DNA of 64,000 nt, taken from assembly GCA_963674825.1 (NCBI GenBank), contig OY771587.1, positions 1,696,001 through 1,760,000 of the forward strand, in the 5' to 3' direction. The position numbers and the translations under genes were made by a program. This document shows positions 49,405 through 59,341 of this stretch, piece after piece. Numbering within the stretch: position 1 is the first letter of the stretch; every line of letters begins with the position of its first letter. Source of the DNA: Candidatus Cloacimonadales bacterium (GTDB lineage Bacteria; Cloacimonadota; Cloacimonadia; Cloacimonadales; JAIOQZ01). The notes below the pieces were generated by a model that was not told the DNA's origin, made no database searches, and worked only from the letters and a program-made list of their open reading frames with translations.

Positions 49405-51396
49405 ATGAAAGGGCTTACAATCGTAGCAATCCTGGTCGCGATCTGCATTTCTACGCTGATCGCAAATGACCGGGCACTCGACGCGGACAATATCACGACC
49501 TTCGGGCGGGTCGCGCTGCGTTATTCGAATTACGGCATGGCCGGTGGAGACGATGCGGACGGACCAGCATTGGAATGGCCGCGCGGTAGTGGAATCAACT
49601 ACCTCTATCAGAGTGCGCTCTGGATTGGTGGCAAGGTACATCGCACAAACGAAGATGGTGAGCATCTTTACTGGCTGAACTGGCCGCCCATTGACGAAGA
49701 CGACTATGTCTCCGAAAGCGATGACCAGTGGAACGAAAACCTTCAGCCGGTGATCGACACGCTGACCTCGGTCGGTTTCGATGGCGATGCAGATGTCATG
49801 GAACTTCTCCCCGCGTACAACCCACTGGAGCAATCGTCGATGATAGAACTTTGGGTTACCAATAACCCGTACGATCACACGACCGTAAGCTATCTCGACA
49901 TCGCGAACTACGATGACGACGGCGATGGCGCGATCGACGAAGATCCTCCCGGAGCGCTGTTTCAATGGCCGGATCCACGAGGAATCTACTGCTTCAACCT
50001 TCCGTTTGACGATGATGGCGACGGCGAAGTGGATGAGGATGGTGGTTGCTACGGACTGGAAACAGGTCTCGGTTTCTACTATGACATAAGCCCTTTTGGT
50101 ACTGACGTAGATCGCGATTGGGGTAGCAGCAATTATACGAACCATCATTACCCGCTTGGTGTCGCGGTGGAACAGCGCGTTTATGCGTGGAATGTCAGGA
50201 GCTTGGCCGACGCTATCGTGATGCATTTCCGAATCACCAACGTGACCGACGATCCTATCAACGACTGCGCGTTCAGCTATTTCGTCGATCCTGATATCGG
50301 GCCTGTTGAATGGGGAGCCGATGCGGTACTCGACGATATAAGCAGCTACAACACCGATTACGACTTCGCGTTTGCCTATGATGATGATCAAGATAGCGGC
50401 ATCACACCGGGCTATTTTGCTGTAAAAGCGCTGGGTGAATCAGATGCAAACTCGGCTTGTTTCACGTGGAACCGGGGTCATGGCCCAAACGATGACGATC
50501 CCCGCGATCTTACCCACTCCGGGAGCTCGACCGCCAACCAGAAATACTGGCTGCAAACGGGAATGAACCCAGACGAAAGCAGGTATGTGTCGCTGATCGA
50601 GAATCCGGACTACGTGGTCAACGATCCATGTGAAACACGCTTCATGTACAGCGTTTACGGCGATGATTTCGACATCGAGCCCGGCGAGACGCGCGATTTC
50701 TACCTGGCATTCTTCCTCGCGAATTCCGAGTTCGGTCTGATCGAGATCCTCGATGATCTGGAATCCTTCTACGAGAGCGGTTTCGACCTCAGCATTTTCG
50801 ACGGTGATCCGTCCATTCCGGGGATCATCGCGACCCAGCCGCAGCAGGACGGGCAGTCGATCTTCGTGGACTGGTATATCCCAACCATGCCGGATAGCCT
50901 CTATCTCTGCTACAAAGAGGCGAACGCGCCGGCGATTGATTACCAGGTTCTCAATCTCGATACGGACACCGGGAGCTTCATGCTGGAAAACCTCGCCGAA
51001 GAGACCGATTACAACATCAAGGTCGCGGTCGTGTATGGCGATGTGTACCTCGAAAGTCCGGTTGTGACCCAGAATACGACAGAGGATAACGACGCGGAGG
51101 ATGGCGATATCCCTCCAATCGAAGTGGGGGAGATGAGCGTGTATCCCAACCCATTCAACCCCGAGACGACCATCGGTTATTCGCTGCAGGAGAAGGGACA
51201 CGTCATCGTCGAGGTGTTCAACATCCGCGGACAGAAGGTTGCGACGCTGCTTGACGCGGTGCAGGAATCTGGACAGCACTCCGTTGTGTGGGATGGATCA
51301 GACCAAGCAGGAAAGAGCTGCACATCAGGTATCTATTTCTGTCGCCTGAAGGCATCCAGTAACGTTTTGACACGGAAGATGCTGCTCTTGAAATAG
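49405..51396 (+). CDS. Secreted acidic protein with Ca-binding-like DxDGDG repeats and FlgD-Ig/T9SS-like C-terminal domain
   Basis: Signal peptide, EWPRGSG..YLY, two DDDGDGxxDED motifs and a YPNPFNP tail. Confidence 0.8.
   Translation: MKGLTIVAILVAICISTLIANDRALDADNITTFGRVALRYSNYGMAGGDDADGPALEWPRGSGINYLYQSALWIGGKVHRTNEDGEHLYWLNWPPIDEDDYVSESDDQWNENLQPVIDTLTSVGFDGDADVMELLPAYNPLEQSSMIELWVTNNPYDHTTVSYLDIANYDDDGDGAIDEDPPGALFQWPDPRGIYCFNLPFDDDGDGEVDEDGGCYGLETGLGFYYDISPFGTDVDRDWGSSNYTNHHYPLGVAVEQRVYAWNVRSLADAIVMHFRITNVTDDPINDCAFSYFVDPDIGPVEWGADAVLDDISSYNTDYDFAFAYDDDQDSGITPGYFAVKALGESDANSACFTWNRGHGPNDDDPRDLTHSGSSTANQKYWLQTGMNPDESRYVSLIENPDYVVNDPCETRFMYSVYGDDFDIEPGETRDFYLAFFLANSEFGLIEILDDLESFYESGFDLSIFDGDPSIPGIIATQPQQDGQSIFVDWYIPTMPDSLYLCYKEANAPAIDYQVLNLDTDTGSFMLENLAEETDYNIKVAVVYGDVYLESPVVTQNTTEDNDAEDGDIPPIEVGEMSVYPNPFNPETTIGYSLQEKGHVIVEVFNIRGQKVATLLDAVQESGQHSVVWDGSDQAGKSCTSGIYFCRLKASSNVLTRKMLLLK
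50458..50473. promoter_or_regulatory. parS-like site
   Basis: TGTTTCACGTGGAACC. Confidence 0.6.
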
Positions 51397-51614
51397 CGAC
51401 ATCGAGTCACAAGTGCGACACAACATGAATGAACGTACTATGGTTGATTTTGCAAAATATGAACACTGGGATATAATCGTCCAAAATTCCTAAATAAAGA
51501 TTATAGTGGCCTGTAACTTAACTATCTGATTGCGTTATACAGATAGATTTCCTCTTTTCTAGATATGGACAGATCGGGAGTAGGCTTTTCTTGCTCCCGA
51601 TTTTTGGAGACCTC

Positions 51615-53984
51615 ATGCGAACCCGAATAACCTTGCCTCTGTTGTTGCTGACTCCGATGCTCTTTTCCACCACACTCACCGTCTCTCTCGACGGCAGCCA
51701 GGACTATACAACGGTTCAGGCCGCTGTTGATGCCGCAACCCATGGCGATACAGTTCTGGTATATCCAGGCACCTACTATGAGAATATAGTAGTCAATGAC
51801 AAATTCATCACCCTCGGCAGTCTGAACCTCAAGACCGGCGACGAATCCTATATCCACAACACCATCCTGGACGGTAATTTCAGCGGATCTGTAATCCGCA
51901 TGGTTCTGGAAACATTGCCCCAACCTGCCGATGCCGTCATCCAGGGATTCACAATCATTCACGGAAGTGGAGAAATTCGCGTTTGGACCTGGCCCGAGTA
52001 TGGCGGCGGTGGAATATGGGTAGAATGTGATAATAACTCTGGTTGGATGAATGTATATATTACGAACTGTCAGATCAAGTACAATTTTACCGATTTTGCA
52101 GCCGGAGTAGGATTAGCTTATTATGGAAACTACCACATGAAGAACGTCAGTGTCCATCACAACATTGCTCGTTTTGGCCCCGCCGGCGTGTTTGGGAACG
52201 GAGGTCCTATAATTCATTATCCAGATTACCCTTGCAGTTATTATGCAAATATTGGAACCCCAGGCCATGACTTTGATATTGTAAATGCACCTTATAATGA
52301 GACCATTTATGCGGATACACTTACCTGTTCCGAGTATGATCAGGGATTTATTCGAATAACTCCACGACCGGGTCATGATGAACTCGAACTTACAGTCTAC
52401 CACGAGCATTCCATTATGGATGTGATCGATCATGATCTGTACGTCTCACCGGATGGTGATGACGATAACAGCGGATTGTCCGCAGATGATCCCCTCAATA
52501 CGATTCGCCAGGCTGCCTACCTGATCCGGTCCAATCCGGATAACCCAAGGACGATCTATCTTGCTCCCGGCGAATATACTGAAGAGGAAGGTCCACTGCA
52601 ATTCACGGTTGGTCTAAAGGACCATGTCTCTCTGATCGGAAGTGGTATGGATGAGACATTTCTCGAATGCAGTCAATCAAGAGTGATCATCTATATGAAC
52701 AACAACGAGGATATCCAGATATCCGGCATGACTTTGAAATCCAGTTATCCTATCAATAATGGAGAATGGTCGCCTTGTTTGATTCTTGGTGTATATATTG
52801 ACGATCTCACCATTAAGGATATCCGAGCACATGATTCAGAATTTGGGAAATCTGCTGCGATTTCGGTCTGGCATGTTGACCATCTGGATATGGACAATAT
52901 TATCATCGAGGATAATATTGGTGAAGCCTATTGCGGTTTATATGTGATCGCTGAGGATGTTACGCTGACCGACTGTATTATCCGGAACAATCGTGTTGTC
53001 GGCTATACCGACTGGTACTCGGCTTCCTCTGCTTTCAATATTGATACGAAAGGAAACTGTCTGATCGACGATCTTGTCGTGATGAATAATGTTAACGAAT
53101 GCGGATCTGAAGGCCAGATGACGGGCTTACTAGGACATGGAAGTGGCTATCCGGGCTCGAGCCTGAAGATAACCAACAGCCTTTTCAGCGGTAATAATTC
53201 GGAGGGTCAGGAGTGCTTCCAATTCCAATTGTTTCGAGGGAACCTGGATTTGATAAACTGTACATTCATCGGCAATGAAGCCGAGGAGATGGTATTGAAG
53301 TTCCTGAGAACCAACACGGAAGCAGAGGTAGATCCCTTTCAGGTGATCAACACGGTATTCTGGGATCATGTGCCTTATGAAATTTCGAACTGGAGTTACC
53401 GGCGTTGCGCGATCGAGGTCAATCACAGCCTGATACGCAACGGCATCGATGGCATCGATTCACCTTACGACGAAATCATCTGGGGTGAGGGCAACCTCGA
53501 TCTCAACCCATTACTGACCAATGCCGAGCAATTGTATTACCCGCAGGAAGGCTCTCCGATCATCAACGCCGGTACACCGGATACAACAGGTTTGGGATTA
53601 CCGCCGCTCGATATCTGCAACCGTGCTCGCGTATGGGATGGCTGCGTCGATATCGGCTGCCATGAATACGGTTCCGTTGGCGTCGAACCGGGAGATCAAG
53701 CGCCGGTTTATGAAGTATCACTCGGCAACTATCCCAACCCATTCAATCCATGGACGATCATCAGCTATAGTTTGCCGGAAGCCGCGTATGTGGAGTTGAA
53801 CGTGTACAATATCCGCGGTCAGCGTGTCAGGACGCTGGTGCATGAGCACCGGGAAGCCGGTAGTCATGAAGTCGTATGGGATGGACGGAATGAGCAGAAT
53901 GATATCGTTGGTTCGGGTGTCTATCTCTGCCGAATGATCTATTCAGGTAAATCGCACACCCATAAAATGTTACTCTTGCAATAA
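51615..53984 (+). CDS. Secreted pectin-lyase-like beta-helix protein with FlgD-Ig/T9SS-like C-terminal domain
   Basis: YTTVQAAVD...GDTV.V.PGTY.E, YVSP.GDD.NSG, SP.I.AG...D.G..E and a YPNPFNP tail. Confidence 0.82.
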   Translation: MRTRITLPLLLLTPMLFSTTLTVSLDGSQDYTTVQAAVDAATHGDTVLVYPGTYYENIVVNDKFITLGSLNLKTGDESYIHNTILDGNFSGSVIRMVLETLPQPADAVIQGFTIIHGSGEIRVWTWPEYGGGGIWVECDNNSGWMNVYITNCQIKYNFTDFAAGVGLAYYGNYHMKNVSVHHNIARFGPAGVFGNGGPIIHYPDYPCSYYANIGTPGHDFDIVNAPYNETIYADTLTCSEYDQGFIRITPRPGHDELELTVYHEHSIMDVIDHDLYVSPDGDDDNSGLSADDPLNTIRQAAYLIRSNPDNPRTIYLAPGEYTEEEGPLQFTVGLKDHVSLIGSGMDETFLECSQSRVIIYMNNNEDIQISGMTLKSSYPINNGEWSPCLILGVYIDDLTIKDIRAHDSEFGKSAAISVWHVDHLDMDNIIIEDNIGEAYCGLYVIAEDVTLTDCIIRNNRVVGYTDWYSASSAFNIDTKGNCLIDDLVVMNNVNECGSEGQMTGLLGHGSGYPGSSLKITNSLFSGNNSEGQECFQFQLFRGNLDLINCTFIGNEAEEMVLKFLRTNTEAEVDPFQVINTVFWDHVPYEISNWSYRRCAIEVNHSLIRNGIDGIDSPYDEIIWGEGNLDLNPLLTNAEQLYYPQEGSPIINAGTPDTTGLGLPPLDICNRARVWDGCVDIGCHEYGSVGVEPGDQAPVYEVSLGNYPNPFNPWTIISYSLPEAAYVELNVYNIRGQRVRTLVHEHREAGSHEVVWDGRNEQNDIVGSGVYLCRMIYSGKSHTHKMLLLQ

Positions 53985-53986
53985 CG

Positions 53987-56317
53987 CTACTCGTACTTCA
54001 GGGAATTGATCGGGCTGGACATCGCTGCGGCGATGGAATGGAAGCTGACCGTGGCAACTGCGATAAGCATGGACATCAGCCCTGACAGAATAAAGATATT
54101 GATGCCGATGGGCGTCTTGTAGGCGAAGTTTTCCAGCCATTTCTGCATCAGAAACCATGCTGCTGGCCATGCGATGACAATCGAAACCACAACCCATTTG
54201 CTGAAGTTCTTCGTCAGCAGGTACGTTATACCACTGATGCTGGCGCCGAGTACTTTGCGGATGCCGATTTCACGGGTGCGTTGCTGTGTGATGAACGATG
54301 CCATGCCGAACAATCCCAGGCACGAGATGATAATCGCGAGAAACGTAAAGCTCCGCAGTAACTTACCAAGCTGAGCATCCGTTTTATACGCCGTCTCGTA
54401 ATCATCATTCAGGAAGCTGTATTCGAAAGGGAAATCCGGTGCGAATTTGCTGCTGACAGTCTCGACGCTGGCAAGAACACTCTCGAGGTTGTGCGAATTG
54501 AATTTTATAGCGATATAGTTATCCCAGTCAGGGTAAACGAGGATCGCCAGCGGTTGCAACGCATGATGGATCGACCAGTATTGGAAGTCTTTGACCACGC
54601 CGACAATAATGCCATCGGAGAATTGCTTGCCGATAGGATCTTCTATTCCGGTGAGTCGGATCGCGGTTTCATTGAGCACGTAGCCGAAGGGTTCATCGTC
54701 GGAATACTTGTTCTTCAGATGAAATTCACCCTTTAAGATGGTCAGGCCGAAGGTTTTCATGAAATCTTTGTCGCCGGTGATGATCGGCAGGGACATCTCA
54801 CCATCCTCATTTCCATCCCAGCTTCGGACGCCGATGGACCACTTCGGACCCAGCCCCAGTTTGCTGGAGGTGGTTGATACGCTGGTAACTTCCGGAATCT
54901 GGAGGAGTTCGTCTTTCATCGATTCCAGCTTCGCCGCGTAGCTGTTATTCAAGGGAAGGTAGAGAATGTCTTCGCGATTGAAGCCGAGATCATAGTCTCT
55001 GGCAAAGCGGAGCTGTTTTGCGATAACGATAGAGCAGAAAACCAGAATCGTCGCCAGCGTAAACTGGAAGATGACCAGCGCTGTGCGCATGAATGTCGTA
55101 CCGCGCTTCAGATTTCCTTTGATCGCTTGAAGCGGTTCGAACGACGACAGTAGAAAGGCGGGATAGATTCCGGCGATGAGCCCCGTGAGTGCTGTGATAC
55201 CGATGATAAGCAATATCAGCGAGTTTGACAGCATCGAAAGACTGAGCTGCTTGCCGGTGATGTCGTTGAATGCCGGTGTCAGCACTTCTGCGATTGCAAC
55301 GGCAATAACGAGAGACAGAAAGGCCATAAGGAGCGATTCGCCGATAAACTGCACGCGCAACTGACGCTTGTCTGCCCCCGATAGTTTTCGTACGCCGATC
55401 TCTCGGGCTCGTTTCACGGAGCGCACGGTAGAGAGATTCATGAAGTTGATGCATGCCATCAGGAGAATGAAAACCGCAATCGAAGAGAAGATATACACAT
55501 AGAGCATCGATCCAATACTGCCATCGAGCTCATAGAGATGGATGTTTACCAGCGGTTGGAGATAAAACTTCCTGCCGAGTTCCGGTATGATTTCATCGAC
55601 CAGTGCGTTGATATCAGCTTCGATCTGCGGTATATTCGCGTCTGGCTTGAGCAGCACAAAGGTGTTGTATCCGAAATCGCCCCAATCGTCTGCAGGATAG
55701 CCGGTTATTTCATCCATGGCAGACAGCGGGATCAGAAAATCGAATTGCAGGTGGCTGTTGGTGGGTAGGTCGTCGATAACGCCGGTAACTGTCATCTCGA
55801 GTTGCCGATCTACATCCAGCACCTTTCCCATAGGGTTTTCATCACCAAAGAGTGTTTGAGCTGTTTCACGTGAAAGCACGATCGATTCAGGACTGCTAAG
55901 GGCAGTAGATGCGTCGCCATGCAGGAATTTGAACGTGAATATCTCGAAGAGTTCCGGAGTCGAGTAGGCGGGTTTGAATTTGATTGCATCATCATCTCTT
56001 GCGATCAGCACGTTGCCTTCGCTGTAGAAGCATACAGCGTTCTCGATATCGGCGTATTTATCTCGTAGAGCTGGAGCGAGTGGAGTTGGAGTGCGCCAAT
56101 GCTGCTTTCCTTCGCCATTGGAGACGTAGTTGAAATCAACGCGATAGATACGGTCTGCGTTTTCGTGGAAACGATCGTAGTTGTATTCATCTTGAATCCA
56201 CAGTAAAATCAAGATGCAGACCGCAAGCCCGGCAGCGAGCCCCGTGATGTTAATGAATGAAAAAAGCTTCTGGCGCATGATGTTTCGGAAAGCAATCTTG
56301 AGGTAATTATAAAACAT
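53987..56317 (-). CDS. MacB/FtsX-type ABC permease (duplicated domain)
   Basis: Paralogous to 39237-41603; NYLKIAFRN, REIGVRK and LKYE motifs. Confidence 0.92.
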   Translation of the reverse strand: MFYNYLKIAFRNIMRQKLFSFINITGLAAGLAVCILILLWIQDEYNYDRFHENADRIYRVDFNYVSNGEGKQHWRTPTPLAPALRDKYADIENAVCFYSEGNVLIARDDDAIKFKPAYSTPELFEIFTFKFLHGDASTALSSPESIVLSRETAQTLFGDENPMGKVLDVDRQLEMTVTGVIDDLPTNSHLQFDFLIPLSAMDEITGYPADDWGDFGYNTFVLLKPDANIPQIEADINALVDEIIPELGRKFYLQPLVNIHLYELDGSIGSMLYVYIFSSIAVFILLMACINFMNLSTVRSVKRAREIGVRKLSGADKRQLRVQFIGESLLMAFLSLVIAVAIAEVLTPAFNDITGKQLSLSMLSNSLILLIIGITALTGLIAGIYPAFLLSSFEPLQAIKGNLKRGTTFMRTALVIFQFTLATILVFCSIVIAKQLRFARDYDLGFNREDILYLPLNNSYAAKLESMKDELLQIPEVTSVSTTSSKLGLGPKWSIGVRSWDGNEDGEMSLPIITGDKDFMKTFGLTILKGEFHLKNKYSDDEPFGYVLNETAIRLTGIEDPIGKQFSDGIIVGVVKDFQYWSIHHALQPLAILVYPDWDNYIAIKFNSHNLESVLASVETVSSKFAPDFPFEYSFLNDDYETAYKTDAQLGKLLRSFTFLAIIISCLGLFGMASFITQQRTREIGIRKVLGASISGITYLLTKNFSKWVVVSIVIAWPAAWFLMQKWLENFAYKTPIGINIFILSGLMSMLIAVATVSFHSIAAAMSSPINSLKYE
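55862..55877. promoter_or_regulatory. Degenerate parS-like site
   Basis: TGTTTCACGTGAAAGC, 14/16 match. Confidence 0.45.
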
Positions 56318-56376
56318 ACGATCTCCCTCGGCGATTATTTACACAGATGAACCGGAGCGTTCAGCTAACATTAAAA

Positions 56377-56392
56377 TGCATTTCGTGTGCCA
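56377..56392 (-). promoter_or_regulatory. Sigma54 -24/-12 promoter
   Basis: Minus strand TGGCAC-ACGAA-ATGCA (GG-N10-GC), ~60 nt before the permease ATG. Confidence 0.65.
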
Positions 56393-56474
56393 GTGAGAAT
56401 GGGGATATTGCGGAGGTTAACTGCTTCTGTGTGTACGGTTAGGCGGGCTTTCAGTACGTAGCCGGACAGTATGG

Positions 56475-56503
56475 AAAAACCTCCCCACCTTGGCGAGGAG
56501 GTT
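56475..56503 (-). terminator. Intrinsic terminator
   Basis: Minus strand AACCTCC...GGAGGTTTTT hairpin after the 56528-57631 gene. Confidence 0.65.
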
Positions 56504-56527
56504 ACGCAATCTTATATGATCATGATT

Positions 56528-57631
56528 TTATTTCAGTAGAAGCATCTTTTTATATGACGTTTTATCCGGAGTTTGAAGCCGATACAGATAGACACCACTT
56601 GCGCAATCATTGCCATTATCGTCATCACCGTGCCACGTAACCTCATGCTCTCCGGTGGCGATTGCTTTCTCTATCAGTGTTCGCACTAATTGGCCACGCA
56701 AATTGTAGATGCATATGCTGATAGGCGAATTGTCCGCGACCGAATACCGGATTGTCGTATCAGGGTTGAATGGATTGGGGTGATTGGAGAGGTTGAAATC
56801 GTGTTGGGGAGTGGTTTCGTCGTTGATGGCAGTATCAAGGTAAATTCGTTCCCAGTCATCATCCATGTAATAGGTGACGAGGAGGGAGTTGTTGGATGGA
56901 TCGTATGTAGGATACACCATGTGGCTGCCCTGGAAGAAGAGCTCCGGAGGATTGGCGAAGCCGGCATCGACACGGTAGAGGCCGTCGAGGTAATATCCAC
57001 CGATGTAGTACGTTCCCTGGTTGTCTCGCACGATACCGTCAGGGTAGTTCAGATTGGTGGTTGTCAGCGTACTTACGGTGGAATCGGAGAGGCTGATTGC
57101 GTGGATGATCGATGTTCCCGGTGAGTCGTCGATTACCACGAGACGATCATTTTCTGGCTCGTACAAGATGCCGTTCGGGCGATTCAGGCCATTACCTTCC
57201 GCAAAGGTCCAATATGCCGTGTCTGAGGTGCGGAATTTATAGATTGCGTGCGCTGGTGGACTCGAGATGTAAAGATACCCGTTATCATCGGCTGTGACGC
57301 TCGACAAGTATTGATTGCTTGGTCCATCGAATGACAACGACATCATCTCCCATCCAGTATCCAGATCGTATGCGATCAAAGTCCGGTTACTGCCTGCGCC
57401 ATACACGTAGTTGCCAGAAATTGCCATCCCATCGATGAAGCCGGCGTCTTCTGCGAAATAGCTTTGGTTTCCTCCTATATCGATCTGAACTAAGGCTCCG
57501 TTACCATAATTGGATACGAGCAGACGGTTGTGTTCTGTATCGATGACGATCTTTTGCGGTTGATTCAACAGATTCTGTGAAAACAATATCGATGTAACGG
57601 CAAGCAAGTCAATGATTAACGCATTTCTCAT
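56528..57631 (-). CDS. Secreted beta-propeller (SMP-30/NHL-like) with FlgD-Ig/T9SS-like C-terminal domain
   Basis: L..PNGI and L.YPDGI repeats; NHPNPFNP tail. Confidence 0.8.
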   Translation of the reverse strand: MRNALIIDLLAVTSILFSQNLLNQPQKIVIDTEHNRLLVSNYGNGALVQIDIGGNQSYFAEDAGFIDGMAISGNYVYGAGSNRTLIAYDLDTGWEMMSLSFDGPSNQYLSSVTADDNGYLYISSPPAHAIYKFRTSDTAYWTFAEGNGLNRPNGILYEPENDRLVVIDDSPGTSIIHAISLSDSTVSTLTTTNLNYPDGIVRDNQGTYYIGGYYLDGLYRVDAGFANPPELFFQGSHMVYPTYDPSNNSLLVTYYMDDDWERIYLDTAINDETTPQHDFNLSNHPNPFNPDTTIRYSVADNSPISICIYNLRGQLVRTLIEKAIATGEHEVTWHGDDDNGNDCASGVYLYRLQTPDKTSYKKMLLLK

Positions 57632-57719
57632 ATCAAACCTCCATGTTGGGTTATTAATGAAATCGAACTCACGGTACGATTACCATAATATGAGTATTGT
57701 TGTCAAGAATGAAATGCGT

Positions 57720-58008
57720 TCAGGAATAAAATCGCTCCGCAAATAAGGCTCGAATTGTATCAACGCTGTACAACTGGGTGTCCGGCACGATGTCGAGGTT
57801 AATTTCAGCCATGTCGATCTCCGCATTTAGCCGTTGCGATATCATCAAACAAAGTGTACTCTTCAGGATTCTCGAAAATGTCTTTCGGCAAGTACCGATG
57901 GTTTCCATCAACATCGAAGTATGGATAGTAGTATAAATCAATCGTTTTCTCTGCAAAGACCAACCCAGCAAACAATGAAAGAGTCAAACACAGCAGGTAT
58001 CGTTTCAT
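57720..58008 (-). pseudogene. Frameshifted or truncated secreted-protein gene
   Basis: The signal-peptide ORF 58008-57805 stops after 67 aa. A protein-like continuation (NAEIDMAEINLDIVP...) lies in another frame after GCTAAATGCG near 57830. Confidence 0.45.
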
Positions 58009-59267
58009 TTTTCGCTCCCGATTCTGTATTTACGGACAAGGCCGTTGTGGAAAACGCAGACTATTTGTCCGTTTCCGGATTTACTGACCATGGATTCGCG
58101 GTTATCAATATTCCCTTTTCTGTTGAAAAAATGATCTTTAGCGGGTAGATTGTCGCTGATGATAACCTGCCTTGTTATATAATTCTGCACAGAAATGCTT
58201 CCAGTTCCGTCTTTGTCGTTAGCTCCGGAGATTACTTGATAGGGCGGATATAAACCAGATACATATCCAACGTTTCCTTTTTTATAAAATGTCAAATCCT
58301 TCGTGTACAATGAAACGTATCCAATGCTTTTATCTTGCGAAATTAAATGGCAGAAATCATCCTGTGGCGACCAACCAACACATGTCAGATACTCGAATTT
58401 CTGAACAACGTTGCCCTGTCCATCAATAAGCCACGATTCATTTGTGTCTTGAATAGATAGCCAGCAATAAGCTCCTGTCGTGCTGGGCTTCATCTCGAAA
58501 TCACCTGGCATTTCCAGCGAGTTGATCAGGTTACCGTTTCTATCATGGATGAAAAGGTGGAATCGATCGTCTGTAACTTCCTCCCAGTAAAGAGGTTCTT
58601 CTGCTAAGCATGAAACGGCTTTGATAAAAATCCGATCACCGTTTAAGCTTGACCTTGTTGTGAATCCGACATTTGGATATTTGCTAAAAAAGGTACTATG
58701 ATATTTCACATTCATCTCGAAATCAATAAGGGCATAATCGTGGCTTTTCGTGTCATCAATCACCATTAGGTCACAATTAGTCACCATGGGTATTCCATCG
58801 TAATCTTGCCAGCTAAGGTTTTCATGGGTATAAAGTTCCATGTCGTGATTGTTCAACTTCGCAATGTGTAGTGTGAACTCTTCGGTACCGTCACTTCTTT
58901 TACCAGGAATAAAGTGTGTGTCTACCGATAGTACGTATCCTGAATTGGTAGATACATATAAATTGATCACAGAAAACGGAACCAGCTCCATCTCTCCATC
59001 ATGGATATGATATGCACGGTTCTTGCCCTCTTCCATAATGATCTTCGGCTCGCCGCTGTCGGTTTCGGATGCGGGTGAGAAAAGCACGTACTGCCCGGGT
59101 TTGAGGTCAACTTCCCATTCGTCGATGATCTCGAAGTTATGCGATGGCGTCTTCCAGGTGGCTGGGCGTTCGGTTGGGCCCCTGTAGATGTTTTTAATGC
59201 TACTAAACTCCAACGCGAACAGCATGGATATGCAAACGGCTATCAGCAGGAAAAGATGCTTCTTCAT
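58005..59267 (-). CDS. Secreted hypothetical protein, beta-rich
   Basis: 420-aa ORF with signal peptide and RBS GGGAG; AT-richer than neighbours. Confidence 0.7.
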   Translation of the reverse strand: MKKHLFLLIAVCISMLFALEFSSIKNIYRGPTERPATWKTPSHNFEIIDEWEVDLKPGQYVLFSPASETDSGEPKIIMEEGKNRAYHIHDGEMELVPFSVINLYVSTNSGYVLSVDTHFIPGKRSDGTEEFTLHIAKLNNHDMELYTHENLSWQDYDGIPMVTNCDLMVIDDTKSHDYALIDFEMNVKYHSTFFSKYPNVGFTTRSSLNGDRIFIKAVSCLAEEPLYWEEVTDDRFHLFIHDRNGNLINSLEMPGDFEMKPSTTGAYCWLSIQDTNESWLIDGQGNVVQKFEYLTCVGWSPQDDFCHLISQDKSIGYVSLYTKDLTFYKKGNVGYVSGLYPPYQVISGANDKDGTGSISVQNYITRQVIISDNLPAKDHFFNRKGNIDNRESMVSKSGNGQIVCVFHNGLVRKYRIGSEK

Positions 59268-59341
59268 GGATATCTCCCGTGAATTGAGATAAACATGAAG
59301 CTAAGATTGCTTATACTTGTGTCAATAGATTTTGTCGGACG

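Noticed and set aside
49303..50391. 362-aa minus-strand ORF (also 50440-51279)
   Set aside because: Antisense to a well-supported secreted protein; attributable to codon bias.
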